A stretch of 37,036 nt of DNA from a virus (taxonomy: Duplodnaviria; Caudoviricetes): positions 1 to 37,036 of the IMG/VR virus record IMGVR_UViG_3300005077_000056; one strand, given 5' to 3'. The first letter of the stretch is position 1. Each line of letters starts with the position of its first letter. Positions 15,938-25,643 of the stretch are shown here, in pieces. Made by a program: the position numbers and the translations under genes. Under the pieces are notes generated by a model, which saw only the letters and a list, made by a program, of their open reading frames with translations, did not search any database and had not been told where the DNA came from.

Positions 15938-16768
15938 ATGGTAAAAAAGGGACTACCCAAAATCAGGATCGTCTGCGGCACGGGCAGGTCCGGGTCGTGG
16001 GCATGGTATCGGATCCTGCAGGCACAAGAAGGGGTGGAGGCCTCCCACGAGGGCATACCGCTGCCGTGGGAGGTCGACCCCTGCACGTATTACTATCTGA
16101 TGATGCGGGCGATGATCGCCTGGCAGGGGAGACCGATTTGGGTGAACAGCAGTTTCGTGTGGATCAATTACACGGGACTGCTGATGAAAAACTTCGACGA
16201 CCCCAGGATGGTCTGCATCCAGCGCCCGAAGGAGCAGATGGTGGCGTCGTTTCTCAAGCATTGGCCGGAGGAGAACTTCTGGACCGACCCGGAATCGCCG
16301 AGCTGGGACGGGCAGTTTCCCAAGGTCGGATGGTCCAACCCGAACCCGGACGAATTAAGCCTGCTCTGGCCAAAGTACGACCTGCCCAAACGGGAGGCCA
16401 TCGCCGCCTATTACGATGACTATTGCGACAAGGCAGACTTCTGGCGCCGGAGGCTGCCGAACAATTTCATGGTGATAGGACTCGACGAGGCGATGAACAC
16501 CCGCGGCGGGCAGCAGAGGATCTTCGAGTTTCTCGGCATCGAGGACCCGAACTATTTTGTCGGGGTCAAGCTCAACCAGGAAGGCGCCCACCACGGGATC
16601 CTCTACCGGGAGGGAGATGATGTACTCGGCACCGGCAGGATTTATGAAAGCCCTGAAATCTTTGGACCCGAGACTCGGGTGTCACTACAACCAGGACATG
16701 GAGAGGTTTGTCGTGACCTTCAAGCGGGCCTTTGGCGAGCCGATCCCCCTGTTTCCGGTGGAGACTGA
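15938..16768 (+). CDS. Sulfotransferase-family protein (P-loop fold)
   Basis: 5'-PSB-like loop VCGTGRSGS followed by SHE; 3'-PB-like MVCIQRPKEQMVASF; C-terminal RIFEFLGI. Confidence 0.75.
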   Translation: MVKKGLPKIRIVCGTGRSGSWAWYRILQAQEGVEASHEGIPLPWEVDPCTYYYLMMRAMIAWQGRPIWVNSSFVWINYTGLLMKNFDDPRMVCIQRPKEQMVASFLKHWPEENFWTDPESPSWDGQFPKVGWSNPNPDELSLLWPKYDLPKREAIAAYYDDYCDKADFWRRRLPNNFMVIGLDEAMNTRGGQQRIFEFLGIEDPNYFVGVKLNQEGAHHGILYREGDDVLGTGRIYESPEIFGPETRVSLQPGHGEVCRDLQAGLWRADPPVSGGD

Positions 16769-17081
16769 ACAGGGGGGATTCCGGAGGCCGGCAGACCGCG
16801 ACATCCAGTTCCTGCGGCAATGGGACATGGAGAACATGACCCTGTCCGAGCGGCTCGACCGGACCACCAGCTACATGGAAAAGAGCCGCGAGCAGATCAG
16901 GCGCCGGCATCGGGAGAACATCCTGGGAATGACGCGGGACGACAAGATCCAGCTGATGCAGAAGTTCGGCCGGCTGATGGGGCCGGGAAAATTTAACTCG
17001 GCATTTCGCCGAATCACCCCGAAGCCGAGGGGCGAAACCTTTGATGTGATCGACAGGCGTTTTCACGCATCTGCACCATGA
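16620..17081 (+). CDS. Conserved hypothetical virion-module protein
   Basis: GGAGG 16609-16613, ATG 16620; FMKALKSLDPRLGCHYN...RFVV pattern. Confidence 0.7.
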   Translation: MYSAPAGFMKALKSLDPRLGCHYNQDMERFVVTFKRAFGEPIPLFPVETEQGGFRRPADRDIQFLRQWDMENMTLSERLDRTTSYMEKSREQIRRRHRENILGMTRDDKIQLMQKFGRLMGPGKFNSAFRRITPKPRGETFDVIDRRFHASAP

Positions 17082-17115
17082 GTGCTATGCCTGGAAAACA
17101 AAAAGGGAGGTCATC

Positions 17116-17880
17116 ATGGCGATTGTGATTTGGAACCCGACGGATGAGCGGTTCGAGGCGCAGTACATCGGAGAGTTCGTGGAGATCCTGCCAGGCCAGA
17201 AGATCAAGGTCGACGACGCCAGGGGCAAGGCCCTGCTCAACACCCTGGCTCCGCGGGGGCTGACCTCGCTGGAGTACGGGGACGAGGGGGACGTCGAAAA
17301 GCGCAAGGGGGACAAGGCCCGCCAGCGGAACTTCGAGTTCAAGAAATTGCAGGTCATCCGCTACAACCAGCAGAACGAGGAGCAGAGGCAGAACAACCGC
17401 CCCTACCTCACCCCTCCGGCGCAGATCAAGCAATACGCCCTGGACGTCGGGATCAAGCTGACCGAGCCGTACAGCTTCAAGGACGAAGAGGTCACCGAGA
17501 TCTCCAACCTGCGCAAGGACAAGTCCGACCAAAAGCGCTACATCCAGGAGCTGGAGGAGCAGAACAAGGCCCAGGCCGCGCAGATCTCCGATCTCGCCTC
17601 CAAGGTGGACAAGCTGATCACCATGGTGGAAGCCAGGGCGGCCGCCGGCGCCAAGGTCGAGGTCGATCCCGAAACGAAAAAAACCGTCGACCTGCAGCTC
17701 ATCCGGGACCAGCTGAATTACAAGAACGTCAACCGATTGCATCTGAAGGGATGGGTCGCTCGGAACTGGGAAAAGATTCAGGCTGCCCCCCCCGAGATCC
17801 AGGACGAGATCCACCAGAAGTGGATCGACCTGATGAACATGCCGTTCCCCGAAGAGCGGCCGGAGGTGGAGGCAGCGTGA
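17116..17880 (+). CDS. Hypothetical structural/assembly protein with coiled coil
   Basis: GGAGG SD; 254 aa; GC3-rich codons. Confidence 0.75.
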   Translation: MAIVIWNPTDERFEAQYIGEFVEILPGQKIKVDDARGKALLNTLAPRGLTSLEYGDEGDVEKRKGDKARQRNFEFKKLQVIRYNQQNEEQRQNNRPYLTPPAQIKQYALDVGIKLTEPYSFKDEEVTEISNLRKDKSDQKRYIQELEEQNKAQAAQISDLASKVDKLITMVEARAAAGAKVEVDPETKKTVDLQLIRDQLNYKNVNRLHLKGWVARNWEKIQAAPPEIQDEIHQKWIDLMNMPFPEERPEVEAA

Positions 17881-17893
17881 TCAAGGGGAGATC

Positions 17894-18787
17894 ATGCCTA
17901 CCACATACCTTGGCACCTACTATAACTGCTATGCCATCCTGGAGCAGGTCCGGCTCGGCATAAGCGAGTATTCCGAGGGGCTCGTCCGCGGTCTCGTGCC
18001 GGGCACCCACCACAACAAGCAGATCATCAACGAGATCAACAAGGCCCAGCTATACATTTACGCCATCGTGCGCAAGCGTATGCCGGGCTTTTTCATCTCG
18101 AGGGCCGACATCGTCGGGGTCAACTCGGTCTACGCCCTGCCGTGGGACTACGGGTCGAACATCGTCTTCAAGACCGACCAGAAGCTGCCGGTCCACCCGA
18201 TCAACGTCGACCAGCTCAAGACCGCGAACCAATCCGGGACCGACCGCCGCTACTACCAGCGGGGGCAGAGCTTCGTGCTGGACAAGGACGGCATCACCAA
18301 GACCTATGAGCTGTGGTACTACCGCAAGCCGCGCCGGATCCACATGGGCCGGTTCGCGGCCGGCGGCACCGGCACCTGCACCCTGTCCCAGGACGCGCAG
18401 CGGGTCGACGACTACTACAACGGCATGATCGTGGAGTCGGTGGACGGCGATTGGCACGACCCCATCTCCGACTACACCGCAGCCAGGGCGGCCACCCTGA
18501 CCAACGCCGCCCAGGTGGTCGTCGCCGACGCCTGGTACGGCATCGTCCCGGAACTGCCGGATTTCTTCCAGGACCTGATCTCCGAGCGGGCCATCCTGAC
18601 CCTCAAGAAAATCTCCCCGATCGTCAAGGAAAAACCCAAGGCCGACGATTATCAGCTATTCGAAGACCAGCTGGCGGCCAGGATCCGCGACCACATGGAC
18701 ATCGCGCCGGACGTCGATTGGGAGCAGGTTTTCGGGGATTTCGGACCACGGCAGCCGAGCTACTTCGGCATCCACTACGAGAACTGA
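17894..18787 (+). CDS. Probable head-tail adaptor (tail tubular A-like)
   Basis: ILEQVR...INEINKAQ N-terminal helices, YALPWDY, YYRKP, PELPDFFQDLI; position before the nozzle gene. Confidence 0.7.
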   Translation: MPTTYLGTYYNCYAILEQVRLGISEYSEGLVRGLVPGTHHNKQIINEINKAQLYIYAIVRKRMPGFFISRADIVGVNSVYALPWDYGSNIVFKTDQKLPVHPINVDQLKTANQSGTDRRYYQRGQSFVLDKDGITKTYELWYYRKPRRIHMGRFAAGGTGTCTLSQDAQRVDDYYNGMIVESVDGDWHDPISDYTAARAATLTNAAQVVVADAWYGIVPELPDFFQDLISERAILTLKKISPIVKEKPKADDYQLFEDQLAARIRDHMDIAPDVDWEQVFGDFGPRQPSYFGIHYEN

Positions 18788-18791
18788 CGCC

Positions 18792-21209
18792 ATGCTGCGA
18801 CCTCTTACAGACTCCAGGACCGCACCGTTCACCGGAGGGGCGATCACCTACCGGGAGAAAGCCCTGCTGCCGTTCGGCGCCTTCAGCTGGATCCAGAACA
18901 TGCGCAGCCGCGGGCCCGGCTTTTACCGGCGCCTGGGGCAGCGCCGGCTGCACACGGTGGCCGACGGCACCAACGAGGTGCTCAACCTCTACGAGTACAT
19001 CAAGAGCCGGGTGACCGAACAGCGCTTTTATGCGCAGATGGACGACGGCGACCTGCTGGAGGCGACCAACCTGCCGCCGGCGGTGACCACGGGAGCGTTC
19101 GGGTCCGCGGCGCACGCCGGCTCGGTCGGGCAGATCCCGGCCAGCTTCGCGACCATCGTCGACCTGCTGCTCTACTCCAACGGGGTGGACCAGCATCAGA
19201 TCTACGGGGGGAGCAACAGCTATGTCGAAAATTTTATCGTTTGGGACGGGTCTGCGGCCCTGTCGAACGTGCCGACCGAGGGGCGTGACTACTCTGTCGA
19301 GGTTTCTGACGGTCGTGCTGCCACCGTTGCTGTGCTTGATGCTCTTGATACTTTTGCTAACAATGAGTGCATTTTCATTGGTGTACCGATAAAGTTCAAG
19401 AGCGTCACGGTCACGGTTTCGTTGCCCAACGGCAGCGCCTCGGTGCTTTCGGGCTATTACCGCAAGAACGACAACACCTGGGCCGCGCTTTCCGGGTTCT
19501 CCGACGGGACCACCTCGGGCGGGGCGACCCTGGCGCAGAACGGGACGATCAGCTGGACCGTGCCCTCGGATTGGAAAGAGAACTACATGTTCAGCCAGAA
19601 CAAGTTCTGGATCCGGCTGCAGGTCTCGGCGCAGCTGGACGCCGAGGTCGAGGTCTCCTCGGTGACGTATGATTCGGATTTCCAAGACATCGTGAACATT
19701 TGGGACGGCATACCTCAAGAAGTGGTTGAGGTACGTTTGGAGATCTCGGACAATTACGAAACGCACCCCGGCAACGCCGCCGACATGGGCAGCTTCGCGG
19801 CCGGCAACAAGTGCTACCTTTTTTGCACCGATCCGATCGAAGGGATTTATGCGGACCCCGGCGCGACGCCAAACGCAATAGGAGTCTCTCTCTCGACGCT
19901 CCGGTATTGGGACGGGACCGCATTTTCCACGGTCGGCACCGCCGTGGACGATTCAGCCGGTCTGTCGCGGGCCGGCTGGATCACCTTCCCGCGCCAGCTC
20001 ACCACCCCTCCGCAGCCCCGGCAGTTTCAGGGGAGCCAGTATTACAGCTACATTTACGAGCTGACCTGGGACACCGCTTTTTCGGCCGACACCGTGGTGG
20101 ACTTCACGGTCATGCCGTATTTCGACATCGACGAGCTGGGCGACAGCTACACCTGTTGCGCCTGGAAGGACCTCGCCTGCTACACCTTCACCCTGTTCGG
20201 GTCGTACATCTACGTCGCCAAGGCCGGCAGCCCGATGGTCCTGAACGGCGACAATTTCGGGATCCTCAAGGCCGGCGACGGCAGGGCGAACCGGATCGTG
20301 GGAATGCGAAAGTTCCACAACGAGCTGATGGTCTGGCAGGAGGAAAAGGGTGTGGAGGGCGGCTGCGTGACCCTGTTCGAGGGCTACAGCCCGCAGACCT
20401 TCGGCAAGCTGATCCTGTCGAGCCAGATCGGCGCCTTCAATGCCAAGTGCATGGTGGTGGTCGACGGCGTGCTGACCAGCACCAGGACCGACGAGTCGGT
20501 CAAAACCATCGCATTCTGGCTGTCGCGATACGGGCTGTGCGCATCGGACGGCCGGACGGTGCAGATCATCAGCGACGACATCCAGAACTACTGGGATCCC
20601 AAGCAACCCGAGAGCATCCGCAGGGGCTACGACCACAAGCATTGGCTGGCCTACGACAGCTCGGACAACGTCCTGCGGATGGGGCTGGTGACCGGGGACG
20701 GGGCCACCGAGCCGAACGTGTTCCCGGTTTTCGACCTTGCCGAGCGGGCGTTCTGCTTCGACACGCCGGCCCAGGAGATCGGCTGCATGACCGAGATCTC
20801 GGCCGGCAGCGGGGACACCATCGTCCTGCAGGTCGGGGGAGGGGTGGACGACGGCACGGTCTATCAGCTGAACCACGGGACCCTGGACGTCGACCAGCCG
20901 ATCGATTCCTACTGCGACAGCGAGTTCTCCCTGGCCGGGCAGATCATCCAGATACAGGAGATCCACGTGCGGGCGAAAGCCCAGGTGACCGGCGATGTGG
21001 ACCTGTCCATCTACCGCAACGGCATCCTGGATTTCACCCTGCCGCTGTCCATGATCCCCGCCACCCCCAGCGAGGACTTTGTCCGGCACCTGATCCCCGT
21101 GAACGTCACCGACCACCACATCAGCATCCGGCTGCGCAACGGGAACCGGGACGAGGACATCATCCTGGTCGACATGGGCCTGCGCAGCTTCATTCAGGAG
21201 ATGGCATGA
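18792..21209 (+). CDS. Probable tail nozzle (tail tubular B / DNA stabilisation-like beta-propeller) with inserted beta domains
   Basis: FTGG N-terminus, QNM...RRLG, SNGVD, FWLSRYGLCASDG, ISDDI propeller-type motifs; 805 aa. Confidence 0.7.
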   Translation: MLRPLTDSRTAPFTGGAITYREKALLPFGAFSWIQNMRSRGPGFYRRLGQRRLHTVADGTNEVLNLYEYIKSRVTEQRFYAQMDDGDLLEATNLPPAVTTGAFGSAAHAGSVGQIPASFATIVDLLLYSNGVDQHQIYGGSNSYVENFIVWDGSAALSNVPTEGRDYSVEVSDGRAATVAVLDALDTFANNECIFIGVPIKFKSVTVTVSLPNGSASVLSGYYRKNDNTWAALSGFSDGTTSGGATLAQNGTISWTVPSDWKENYMFSQNKFWIRLQVSAQLDAEVEVSSVTYDSDFQDIVNIWDGIPQEVVEVRLEISDNYETHPGNAADMGSFAAGNKCYLFCTDPIEGIYADPGATPNAIGVSLSTLRYWDGTAFSTVGTAVDDSAGLSRAGWITFPRQLTTPPQPRQFQGSQYYSYIYELTWDTAFSADTVVDFTVMPYFDIDELGDSYTCCAWKDLACYTFTLFGSYIYVAKAGSPMVLNGDNFGILKAGDGRANRIVGMRKFHNELMVWQEEKGVEGGCVTLFEGYSPQTFGKLILSSQIGAFNAKCMVVVDGVLTSTRTDESVKTIAFWLSRYGLCASDGRTVQIISDDIQNYWDPKQPESIRRGYDHKHWLAYDSSDNVLRMGLVTGDGATEPNVFPVFDLAERAFCFDTPAQEIGCMTEISAGSGDTIVLQVGGGVDDGTVYQLNHGTLDVDQPIDSYCDSEFSLAGQIIQIQEIHVRAKAQVTGDVDLSIYRNGILDFTLPLSMIPATPSEDFVRHLIPVNVTDHHISIRLRNGNRDEDIILVDMGLRSFIQEMA

Positions 21210-21361
21210 AAGACGCGACCAAGCCGTGGAAAAGGAAATTTCACCAGGTGACCGACCGGCAGAATACCGGCGAGAGGCGGGATGTGATCGAGCGACCGAA
21301 GCACGGCTGGACCATCAAGGAGGATAAAAATGCCCGTACACATCGCGGAAAAAGCGATTGA
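21206..21361 (+). CDS. Small basic hypothetical protein (51 aa)
   Basis: ATGA coupling to the nozzle stop; fills the gap to the next gene. Confidence 0.45.
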   Translation: MKDATKPWKRKFHQVTDRQNTGERRDVIERPKHGWTIKEDKNARTHRGKSD

Positions 21362-21671
21362 GCAGAGCAGTTATGAGATCTCTGCCAACTGGGTGGACGA
21401 GAACGGGGACGCCGTCGATCCCGACACCCTGGCCTGGACCCTGCACGACGGCGACGGGCGGGTGGTCAACAGCAGGTCCTCGGTGGCGATCGGGGCCCCG
21501 GTGGCGAACACCGTGATCCTCCTGGAGGGCGCTGACCTGGCGGTCGCCGGCAACTCGGCCATCCGCAGATACGTCCTCTTCGAGGGGACCTTCACCTCGG
21601 TGGTCCACGGGGCCGGCAAGCCTCTGCGGGACCAGGTCAGCTTCGACATCCTGCCTTTGGTAAAGATATGA
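21330..21671 (+). CDS. Small beta-sandwich tail-associated protein
   Basis: AAGGAGG SD; DENGDAVDP..LAWTL pattern seen at tail-fibre attachment domains. Confidence 0.7.
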   Translation: MPVHIAEKAIEQSSYEISANWVDENGDAVDPDTLAWTLHDGDGRVVNSRSSVAIGAPVANTVILLEGADLAVAGNSAIRRYVLFEGTFTSVVHGAGKPLRDQVSFDILPLVKI

Positions 21672-24199
21672 GCATCGTGCAGCGCAAATGGTTGGATTAC
21701 GACACGCAATGGCTGGACGGGTTCCGTTACCGGGTCCCGTTCTACCACCTTCCGTTTGCGGTCTATGAACTGTCGGACGGCGGCGCGGAGGTCTCCGACA
21801 TCCCGGTTCTGATCACCATCGGCTCATCGGTCGGAGACGGCGAAAAACGCGACACGCGCCTGGGGTTCGTTTTCGACGAGATCGGATCCAATTTCAAAAA
21901 GATGGCGGTCACCACCGAAGACGGGGTCTCGCAGCAGTATGTGTGCGTGGTTCAATGGGACGCGGCGGCCGGGGAGGGATTCGTCTGGTTCAAGGCGCCG
22001 ACGATGGGCAGGTTCATCGGCAGCCAGAGGGTGGAACGAAAGTTCTATCTGTATTTCGACGGCCTGGCGGCCGACAATGACAGCTACGTCGGCGAGCCCG
22101 GCGACACCCCCAGCGACAACGTCTGGTCGGATTATTTGTGGGGATTTTTTTTGCAGGAGGAACCCCAGGACCTCGTCCGGAACCTGGTCAATTTCGTGGA
22201 CGGCACCAACGATGGAAGGTTTCATGACGGCGCCGGCAGCAGTCAGGCCGATTTCGATTATGTGAATTTGGGCGGCGGCATCAAAAAATCCGTAGAGCTG
22301 ACGGCGGCAGACAATCAATACATCGACTTCGCCGCCGGAGGAGACTATTACCCGCAGGATGCGATCACCCTGTTCGCCCTGCAGGACCTCGGGACCCGAT
22401 CGGCGAACATGCGGCTGTTTTATTACGGGGGGGCGGCCGGCGCCGACCGGATTTGGGAGATGGGCATCAACTCTTCATCCCATTGGTTCGCCGGTTTTTA
22501 CAATAACAACGTCTCGGTCGCCACCGTGACCGACACCGGCGATGTGATCGGCGACGGCATCGCGTTTTTGACCGCGTCTTACAACGGCGGCAGCGCACTT
22601 GGCGACATCACTTTGCACCTGAACGGGGCCCCCGTGGTCGAGTCGACCCCTACCGGCGCCGCAGTCGGCAACCCGGCGTCGCCCCCACAGCAACCCTATA
22701 TCGGGACCAGGGCCGGAGGGTCGATGTGGTGGGATGGCAAAGTGGCGTTTGCGGCCTGCGCGGCGATCGGGGTGGACAAAAACTACGTCGCCGTGATGAA
22801 CCGCTCGCTCACCAACGCGTTGTGGATCTTTCAGGATGTGGAGCAGAAACCGCAGCCGCTGCGGTATCGGATCCCGGTCGCCATCAAGCCGGACAACGTC
22901 GACAGCGACCAAACGGCGGTGAATGTGAAGATATTCCTGCATGACAGCGCAGGGGTCGACGACCAGGATGTCAGCTCGATCTTCGACACCCTGAAAACCC
23001 CCCACGCCGGCCGGAAGATCCGCATCACGGCAGAGGACGGGATCAGCATCCTTCCCGCGGAGATCATCTACTGGGACGAGGTCGACAAGTTCGCCGTGTT
23101 GAGCGTGAAGATCTATCAGATCAGCGCCACCGACGGGGCTCATTTTTTCATCTACTACGACGACAACGCGACCGAGTGCGGCGAGACGGTCTACCATTCG
23201 GACTTCGCCTCCAGCCCGGTGGCGGCCCAGGAAACCCGGATGCTTTACCGCGTTTCCAAGCAGAAGCCGAACTTTCCGGGGGCCATTGCGATCCAGGCGA
23301 CCAACAGCGGATGGGACGGCATGGACGGGGTCCAGAGCCTGGTCAACCTGGACGAAGACGACCTCGGGGTGGACGCCGACCTGGGGCCCTACCTGTCGAT
23401 CGACTACACCGGCGGCGACAACGAGTACATCCGGTTTCCGGATCGGTCGATATACGACCGAACCTCGACCGATCAATTCACGGTGGAGATGCTGGTGCGC
23501 CTGCCCAACGAGCTGACCGCGCAGATCCGGATCTTTGCCAAACGGGATTCGGCCGGCACCAACGTGGGCTACGAGGTCCAGGTGGATGCGACACGGGACA
23601 CCTTCCGGCTGGCAATGGACACCGGACCTTCGATCTGCGTCGCGGACATGATCACTACCGACGTCGACGACGGCAACTGGCATCATGTCGTTGTCACCTA
23701 CGACGGGTCGGATACCAACACGGGGATCAAGCTGTACCTGGACGGCGCCGACGACACGCGCCTGCCGATCGCCACCGACAATTTTCCGCTGGCCGCCTCG
23801 ATGGCCAATGCGATCCCGGTCGACATCGGCGCCCGGAACGGGACCCAGGTCAACCCGACCGCGCTGGATGTGATCGAGGTTTCCTGGACCGCCTCCGAGA
23901 AGGATGCCGACTACGTCAAGATGCAGTACCACAACCTGTTCGACGGCCTGCTGCGGTTCGACGCCGTGGAATACCTGGAGGATTTCACGCTGGCGCCGGC
24001 TGTCTTGTCCTTCACGGCGCTGCCGGCGTTCTGGATCGGAGTCCCGACGGTATTCATCCTTCCGGAAACCGGCGAGCTGAAGTTTTTGCCCGGAATGCAC
24101 ACCGCGGTGGTGGGTGGAAAACGCGTGTTCATCGGCGACGCCTGGGGGGCGAAGCCGAAAATCCTCGCATCGGAGGGGGCCCTGCCGCACCTGACATGA
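21668..24199 (+). CDS. Tail fibre/receptor-binding protein with two DUF2341-like plus LamG-like units
   Basis: Two related units (FRYRVP...TTEDGVS...WFKAP...FYLYFD and LRYRIP...TAEDGIS...SVKI...FFIYYD), each followed by a LamG-like domain (DGNWHHVVVTYDG...KLYLDG). Confidence 0.75.
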   Translation: MSIVQRKWLDYDTQWLDGFRYRVPFYHLPFAVYELSDGGAEVSDIPVLITIGSSVGDGEKRDTRLGFVFDEIGSNFKKMAVTTEDGVSQQYVCVVQWDAAAGEGFVWFKAPTMGRFIGSQRVERKFYLYFDGLAADNDSYVGEPGDTPSDNVWSDYLWGFFLQEEPQDLVRNLVNFVDGTNDGRFHDGAGSSQADFDYVNLGGGIKKSVELTAADNQYIDFAAGGDYYPQDAITLFALQDLGTRSANMRLFYYGGAAGADRIWEMGINSSSHWFAGFYNNNVSVATVTDTGDVIGDGIAFLTASYNGGSALGDITLHLNGAPVVESTPTGAAVGNPASPPQQPYIGTRAGGSMWWDGKVAFAACAAIGVDKNYVAVMNRSLTNALWIFQDVEQKPQPLRYRIPVAIKPDNVDSDQTAVNVKIFLHDSAGVDDQDVSSIFDTLKTPHAGRKIRITAEDGISILPAEIIYWDEVDKFAVLSVKIYQISATDGAHFFIYYDDNATECGETVYHSDFASSPVAAQETRMLYRVSKQKPNFPGAIAIQATNSGWDGMDGVQSLVNLDEDDLGVDADLGPYLSIDYTGGDNEYIRFPDRSIYDRTSTDQFTVEMLVRLPNELTAQIRIFAKRDSAGTNVGYEVQVDATRDTFRLAMDTGPSICVADMITTDVDDGNWHHVVVTYDGSDTNTGIKLYLDGADDTRLPIATDNFPLAASMANAIPVDIGARNGTQVNPTALDVIEVSWTASEKDADYVKMQYHNLFDGLLRFDAVEYLEDFTLAPAVLSFTALPAFWIGVPTVFILPETGELKFLPGMHTAVVGGKRVFIGDAWGAKPKILASEGALPHLT

Positions 24200-25635
24200 T
24201 AGGATCGAAACCGAAAATTATCCTCGCCGACGCCGGATCCCCGAAGATCCTGTCGGCCACGGGCCTGCAGGCGCCCATGCGGCAGCCCCTGCACGCACGG
24301 CACAGGCTGACTCGCAGCATTCAATTTGTGCCCGGCGAGCATCGTTATCCGATCATATTGGCGCACCAGGCGCAAAGCCTGAAATACGTGCTCGGCTCGC
24401 ACACGGCGATCACGCAGATCATCGTGCTGCACACGGCCGAAACCATCAAGCTGGTCCCCGGCATTCACAGCGCCAACATTTTGTTTAACACATTCAACAC
24501 CGACAAAAGCGACACCTCCGGCCGCATGGTGTATTTCGGCAATCGAGTGACCGGGGCAATCGACGCGCTCGAAGTCGGATGCCAGACCACCAAGGTGCTT
24601 CTCGGCAACGCCGTGGATGGCGTCGTGGACAAAGTGTATTATGAGTTTGAGGTGGTCAAGAATCTCGTCGGAGCCGTTCCTCGGGGCATCAGCGTCGGCA
24701 TCGGCAACGATTTCTATCTGACCGGCGCCAGCATGATCGGCAGCTACGATTCGCAGGGCAACTATCAGGGCGGGTCCGGCGGCGATACCTTCACCGACGG
24801 TGATGTCGTCAGGGTAGCCTGGGAACTGGGCGACATGGATTCCGGAAGCGGCGGGGTGAAAAAGTGGAATGTGTGGTTCGCCATTAACGGAGGCTCCTGG
24901 GTGGGCGGTGGAGACCCGGCGCTGGGAACCTCTCCGCTGGTGATATTGGGCCTTTACGCTCCGCACGCAATTCGCATCAGCTTCGAGGTCCCCTTCGCGA
25001 ATCCCGACGCCTCCGAAATCCTGCTGCTGGAAGACTCGGGCGACCATAATTATTCGGCGCCGGCCGGGTTCACCGCACTCGGCAGCAGTCCGAGATACGA
25101 TACCGTCCTGCGCGACACCGACATGAGCGCCTACCCGAGCGGCTACACGCTTGCAGGCTCTGTGACCTCCACCTCGCTCGCTCCAAATTACACTTATCGA
25201 TGCGTCATTCCCGCGGCCAGCCTGTCGAACGGCCCGGCCAGCCAGGTCGCTGCGCTGCCCATAATCGTCGCGGGCGGTGCCCCTGTGATCACCGAGATGT
25301 GGATCGGCCACAAGGGGGCGGGCAGTTACGATTTCGACGGCAGCCAGGTGCAGATCCGCTGGTGGAAGGGGCACGCGAAGCTGTATCCATCCGGCCCCAC
25401 TTTTTGGGCCGAGGATTGGTCCGACATCACCTCCTTTGCTTTCGATCACACCAAGGACCTGGTCATCAGCTGGTATCAGCAAACCACGCCGCAAGTTTAC
25501 AGAAGCGTCGCCCCAGGCGGCAACGGTTTTGTGCGAAGATCCGGAAATTTCGCAGGGACGACATCCGGCGCAGGGTTTTCGCCGTTTGTCGGAAACTACT
25601 TTGCCGGCATAAGAGAACTTGCACTCATTGCATGA
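24196..25635 (+). CDS. Tail fibre/receptor-binding protein with SPRY-like domain
   Basis: True start ATG 24196 (ATGA overlap); KVYYEFEV...VGIG...GDVVRVAWEL...VWFAING.W..GGDPA...YSAPAGF SPRY-type pattern. Confidence 0.7.
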   Translation: MIGSKPKIILADAGSPKILSATGLQAPMRQPLHARHRLTRSIQFVPGEHRYPIILAHQAQSLKYVLGSHTAITQIIVLHTAETIKLVPGIHSANILFNTFNTDKSDTSGRMVYFGNRVTGAIDALEVGCQTTKVLLGNAVDGVVDKVYYEFEVVKNLVGAVPRGISVGIGNDFYLTGASMIGSYDSQGNYQGGSGGDTFTDGDVVRVAWELGDMDSGSGGVKKWNVWFAINGGSWVGGGDPALGTSPLVILGLYAPHAIRISFEVPFANPDASEILLLEDSGDHNYSAPAGFTALGSSPRYDTVLRDTDMSAYPSGYTLAGSVTSTSLAPNYTYRCVIPAASLSNGPASQVAALPIIVAGGAPVITEMWIGHKGAGSYDFDGSQVQIRWWKGHAKLYPSGPTFWAEDWSDITSFAFDHTKDLVISWYQQTTPQVYRSVAPGGNGFVRRSGNFAGTTSGAGFSPFVGNYFAGIRELALIA

Positions 25636-25643
25636 GGTGAAAA

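Noticed and set aside
23176-24195. N-terminal extension of the 819-aa ORF
   Set aside because: Off-frame overlap with the LamG gene; the real start is the coupled ATG at 24196. No convincing slippery site for a programmed -1 fusion was found.
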